A stretch of DNA of 64,000 nt from IMG/VR virus record IMGVR_UViG_3300037054_000079, positions 32,110 through 96,109 of that record. One strand, 5' to 3'. The stretch comes from a virus. Positions 60,509 to 64,000 of the stretch are shown here, piece by piece. Under the pieces are notes generated by a model. It was not told the origin of the DNA. It saw only the letters and a program-made list of their open reading frames with translations, and ran no database searches. Each line of letters starts with the position of its first letter. The first letter of the stretch is position 1. The position numbers and the translations under genes are program-made.

Positions 60509-61051
60509 TTATTCCCCGCCCCGGAACTCGGAGTCAAAGATTGAGCGAAAGTTGCCCATCACACTCTGCACGATCTCGTTTGTGTGGAAAAGTTTTGGTA
60601 TCGTTACGCTCTCGATGCCAAAATATCGCGGCAGTTTATCGGAGATTGCAAACAAGAGGGGGTGCCCGTACTTGCGCGGGTACTTGGCCGAGAATAGGCC
60701 GCCGTATTCACTCGGGCGGATTTTCTCCGCATCCGTCCCGGTAATTGGTATCCATAAAAGCGGATCGCCGTGAATGACGCCGCCGGTTTCGAACAGGGCG
60801 AGAGCCGGATCGCCGCCAATCAAACTCACTCTCATATTGCCGAGTGATCCGGGTAGCACTTTGACACCGATGTCCGTTGTCCACGCGCCGCCAAAACCTG
60901 CGCTTGTAATGTCGTCTTTGACCTGATCCAAGATCATCGACGCGGCCATATTTGTCGCCGCCGTGATCGCGCGGTCAAAGCGGTCTTTGAGACCCGCTAA
61001 GTTTCGCTGAAACTTTTTGGCGACTCCGGCCCCATCGTAGATAAATCTCAC
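60509..61051 (-). CDS. tail completion/neck protein (HK97 gp10-like)
   Basis: LFETGG.I, LWIP; GTG start overlaps TGA of frameshifted chaperone. Confidence 0.6.
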   Translation of the reverse strand: MRFIYDGAGVAKKFQRNLAGLKDRFDRAITAATNMAASMILDQVKDDITSAGFGGAWTTDIGVKVLPGSLGNMRVSLIGGDPALALFETGGVIHGDPLLWIPITGTDAEKIRPSEYGGLFSAKYPRKYGHPLLFAISDKLPRYFGIESVTIPKLFHTNEIVQSVMGNFRSIFDSEFRGGE

Positions 61052-61673
61052 TGGTCTCTCTCCCACATCTCAAGCTGTTGCTTGATCGCTTTACCGTCGC
61101 CGCTCGCGCTGAGCGAACCAATCGCGAGTTGACCGTGTAGATCACGTTCTTGTCGTCGAGCAGCGAGAAACGTGTAGGCCGCAATCTGGCGAGGGGTCAG
61201 TTTCCAGACGGCAGCGGTGTCGTGTCCAGCGGCAATGAGGGACTCAATGGCGGCTGCGAGTTCGTAGCCATCGCCCTTCCAAAGTTGACGGATGCGGCTA
61301 CGCTGGCGAGACCCGCGATCCGTTCCACGAAAGGGCCGAAGCCATCCTTGAACGTCAGCCGCATGACCGCTTCCAAGATATCGAGTTGAGTACCTACTGC
61401 TAGTTTAGCGGCGATCTGCTCTGTCGGTTCGTCTCTCGGTTTTCCGGTCGCACTTGCGATCATCGCCTGTAGCAACTTGGGGGCCGCCGCGAGCATCTCA
61501 TTCATATTGACAGCGCCGGGAGCCAGCCATTTTCCAGCTTCCGGAAATCGTTGCAGAAGATCAATCAAGCTATCAACTGATAGCCCGTACACGTCGAGCA
61601 TTTGATCGCCGACTGGCACTCGCTCATGCGGAGCGCCTATGTCGGTCAGGCTTAGTCCCTGTTCTTGAGCCAT
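61048..61673 (-). CDS. tail assembly chaperone long form via -1 frameshift (gpGT-like)
   Basis: Slippery C CCT TTC at 61329..61335; open -1 frame ...AVWKLTPRQIAAY...ERDQ*. Confidence 0.75.
61197..61673 (-). CDS. tail assembly chaperone (gpG-like)
   Basis: Between tail tube and tape measure; TF.DGFGPFVE. Confidence 0.8.
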   Translation of the reverse strand: MAQEQGLSLTDIGAPHERVPVGDQMLDVYGLSVDSLIDLLQRFPEAGKWLAPGAVNMNEMLAAAPKLLQAMIASATGKPRDEPTEQIAAKLAVGTQLDILEAVMRLTFKDGFGPFVERIAGLASVAASVNFGRAMATNSQPPLSPSLPLDTTPLPSGN

Positions 61674-61759
61674 GGGGGGAGTCTTCCTTGTGTGAGAGAG
61701 GGGAGGTTATACGCAATTCGCCGGGTGAGTTATACTCACCCGGCCATCGCCGTATTGAT

Positions 61760-61807
61760 GTTGCGCGAACGCGAACTTAGTTGCGCGAACGCGAACTTAG
61801 TTGCGCG
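61760..61807. repeat. 2.4 copies of a 20-bp tandem repeat
   Basis: GTTGCGCGAACGCGAACTTA x2 + GTTGCGCG. Confidence 0.9.
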
Positions 61808-62231
61808 TGGGGCGCAGCGCGATAGGCAATTTCGAGGGATTGATGCCGACACGAGCCGCCGCCCGCGCGAGTTGATCCGTTTGCGACTGTGCAGCCGGGG
61901 CCGACTTAGCAGCCGGATCGGGGGCCGGGGGCGTCGCCGGGGCTGCCTTAGCAGCCGGGGGCGTCGCCGGGGCCGCCTTAACTGCCGGAGCGGCCTGTAC
62001 GGATGCCTGAGCGGGAACATAGGGAGCTTTGACCGGGGGCGGAGCCGCCTTTTGTTCATCGGAGGCTTGCACAGGCTTTTGGGCTTGAAGGAAGCCGGGC
62101 AGGCCGGTCGCGCCTTGCGCTACTTCGTTCTTGAGTTCGATGATCCGCCCGGCGAGGACCGCGACTTCGGTCGGGTCTGTCTCGGCATCCAGCTTGGCTT
62201 CGACGGCGGAGAGTTCGGTTTGAAGGTCCAT
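61797..62231 (-). CDS. Pro/Ala-rich protein (KAAPATPPA repeats)
   Basis: SD GAGG; low-complexity repeats. Confidence 0.65.
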   Translation of the reverse strand: MDLQTELSAVEAKLDAETDPTEVAVLAGRIIELKNEVAQGATGLPGFLQAQKPVQASDEQKAAPPPVKAPYVPAQASVQAAPAVKAAPATPPAAKAAPATPPAPDPAAKSAPAAQSQTDQLARAAARVGINPSKLPIALRPTRN

Positions 62232-62260
62232 TGGAGTGTCCTCTCAGAATAAGAGTTCGA

Positions 62261-62506
62261 TCAGGCCGCCGGAGGCGCGAGCGCCCCGAGGGCTTGCTGA
62301 GCCGCCGCGAGTTGAACACCGGCAGCCGTCAATTGCTTCTCTTTGTTCGCCTTCATGTCGGCGATGGCGGCAGCGTGCGCGTCGTTGATCGGTTTGATGG
62401 CGGCGATCTGCGCCAACTGTTGTGTGGCTCGTCCGACTCGCGCGGTCAGATCGCGGATTTCGATGGTAAGACGAGCACCAAGAACGGCGGGGTTGACATC
62501 AGTCAT
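62261..62506 (-). CDS. small coiled-coil protein
   Basis: Ala/Gln-rich ORF after tail tube gene. Confidence 0.6.
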   Translation of the reverse strand: MTDVNPAVLGARLTIEIRDLTARVGRATQQLAQIAAIKPINDAHAAAIADMKANKEKQLTAAGVQLAAAQQALGALAPPAA

Positions 62507-62543
62507 GGGGGGATTTTCTCCGAAAAGGGGTTAGATCAGGCTG

Positions 62544-62575
62544 TGACCTGATAGCCCTTTCGAGCTATCAGGTCA
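62544..62575 (-). terminator. stem-loop after major tail gene (terminator or stabiliser)
   Basis: TGACCTGATAGC-8 nt-GCTATCAGGTCA. Confidence 0.5.
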
Positions 62576-62583
62576 AGCCCTGA

Positions 62584-63150
62584 TTAGTACGGCTTCGGTG
62601 AGTTCGGCAGCGACGCTTGCGCAGTACCGAAAGTCGCGAGTTGCTGGTCGTACAGCACGTCGCCTTCGAGGTCGATGGTGCCCCACGTGTTGCCGATCAG
62701 GCTGAGAGCCTTGTTCGGCGAGAGCTTCACGAGCGGGAAGTTGACGGTCCAGATCGGGCCGATGTCGTTGGTGCCGACGAACTGGACCGCTCCGTAGATG
62801 ACCGGATTGGCGAACACGTCGATCACATCCGGCGACGGCGATGGGCCGCCCGAAGGCAGACCGAGCAGCGCGAACCCAAGGTTGCGCGCCGTAAATTCCT
62901 CAAGAACCATCGTGAGGGAGCCGGAGATTTCGGTGACAGCGGTGAAGTCCTTGACCTTGACGCCGGTCCGCGAACTGTAGTGATCGAGTTGCGTGACTTT
63001 CGCCATGAACTCGAAGGTCGGGCAGTTGCCTGCATCGACGAAAGCGGACTCGCCAAGAAGCTTGATCGAGATCACGCCCTTGCCGATGTAATAGTTGCCG
63101 ATGTTCGGCGAAATCAGTGAGCCTTCGACAAGTTCGTTTCCAAGAGGCAT
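62584..63150 (-). CDS. major tail (tube) protein
   Basis: NYYIGKG, GNCPTFEF, LDHYSSRTGVKVKD, LEEFTARNL. Confidence 0.85.
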   Translation of the reverse strand: MPLGNELVEGSLISPNIGNYYIGKGVISIKLLGESAFVDAGNCPTFEFMAKVTQLDHYSSRTGVKVKDFTAVTEISGSLTMVLEEFTARNLGFALLGLPSGGPSPSPDVIDVFANPVIYGAVQFVGTNDIGPIWTVNFPLVKLSPNKALSLIGNTWGTIDLEGDVLYDQQLATFGTAQASLPNSPKPY

Positions 63151-63167
63151 GGTCGGTCTCCCTCAGT

Positions 63168-63659
63168 TTAGATCAATTCGCCGGGTACAAGAGGATAGAT
63201 GAAAGTAATCGACGCCCCAAGCTGCCCCTGCATCGTTCGGTTGCGCGCTAGATCGGTCACGCACCCGTCATAAGATATCTGCCCGTTGTTCCCAACTATG
63301 GCCTGCAAGGTCTTGTCGTTGAGAATTGTCCCCAAGATTGCCAACCTTGCCATGTTCAAATCTTCGCCGACATTCACGTTGTTCGGTTTCCGAACATCGA
63401 GCACCACGTAAATCTCCGGCGTCATTCGCATCAGCTTCGCGCCCGGCGGTCCGCCTCGTCCCGGTGGCGCTTGAATGCCACGCGGGTCGGACACTTCATC
63501 GGCATCGAGTAGGATGATGCCGGGGACCAATTCCTTTGGAAGCTCGTTGCGATTATGCACAAAGTTCTTCGCCGGAATAGTCCCATCCGAGAGCGTGATC
63601 GTCAAACCGTTGAGCAGGGTATGTACCTGCGCAAGAATATCTGTCCTTCGATCCCGCAT
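63168..63659 (-). CDS. tail terminator-like protein
   Basis: Position upstream of tail tube; RN..P.ELVPGIILLDADE. Confidence 0.65.
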   Translation of the reverse strand: MRDRRTDILAQVHTLLNGLTITLSDGTIPAKNFVHNRNELPKELVPGIILLDADEVSDPRGIQAPPGRGGPPGAKLMRMTPEIYVVLDVRKPNNVNVGEDLNMARLAILGTILNDKTLQAIVGNNGQISYDGCVTDLARNRTMQGQLGASITFIYPLVPGELI

Positions 63660-63660
63660 C

Positions 63661-64000
63661 TTAGCGCCTCACGGTGAACTCGTACAAAACGGTTATCCCC
63701 GCTGGCGCGTATTTCTTAACGGGGCACGTAAACGGTAGTACCTCGTTTTCGACGGGGACGGGCGCGGGGGGCTGCACGAACGTCACCAACTGATCTCGTT
63801 CATTATCAGGCGGCTCGCCATCGAGTCCGACTGCCGACATTATGACCTTGCGGTCGGTAGGGTTCGCCAACTGAGACGCGGCATCTTTTGGCATCTCGTC
63901 CACCACAACGACCCAACAATCTCGGTCACTTGGGGCGTCAGTCGTGCGGCGCAACTTCGCAGCCATGCCGAACTTCTTGACAAGACGATCTCCAATATCC
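63661..64000 (-). CDS. head-tail connector/closure protein (start beyond window edge)
   Basis: Open frame to the edge; PAGITVLYEFTVRR C-terminus. Confidence 0.6.
   Translation of the reverse strand, partial: DIGDRLVKKFGMAAKLRRTTDAPSDRDCWVVVVDEMPKDAASQLANPTDRKVIMSAVGLDGEPPDNERDQLVTFVQPPAPVPVENEVLPFTCPVKKYAPAGITVLYEFTVRR

Overview
The window is most of the genome of a tailed dsDNA siphovirus-type phage, probably of an alphaproteobacterial (Rhizobiales-like) host. Host evidence: a perfect CtrA box, a Usg-family gene and GC-rich codons. No integrase, repressor, terminase, portal or capsid gene is recognisable here; the head module probably lies beyond 64000. Layout: (i) minus-strand genes 1-3364, including a GIY-YIG endonuclease missed by the ORF track; (ii) a divergent non-coding control region at about 3365-4700 with repeated 12-mers, palindromes and a polypyrimidine tract; (iii) a plus-strand early/replication arm at 4700-36550 (primase-polymerase/helicase, HIRAN, Ntn-peptidase, DUF2800 nuclease, DUF2815 SSB, intein-containing family A DNA polymerase, HD phosphohydrolase, SNF2 helicase, DUF932, dATP/dGTP diphosphohydrolase, metallophosphoesterase); (iv) a minus-strand late arm at 36600-64000 (tail tube, frameshifted tail chaperone, tape measure, tail tip/fibre genes, tRNA-Pro, a glycosylation cassette and lysis genes). 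The strongest candidate for a new system is the late cassette at 42597-48998. It encodes Gmd, a GDP-sugar epimerase/reductase lacking the usual catalytic Cys, and about five glycosyltransferase-like proteins, between tail-fibre and lysis genes, which suggests phage-encoded synthesis of an unusual deoxysugar glycan for the virion. Other oddities: a Pro-initiated class-3-like intein, an apparent AUU/AUA start for the DNA polymerase, a tRNA-Pro with A37, two candidate structured ncRNAs, shared short motifs on replication proteins, and at least eight homing-type endonucleases. All family assignments are from motif recognition by eye; no searches were run.
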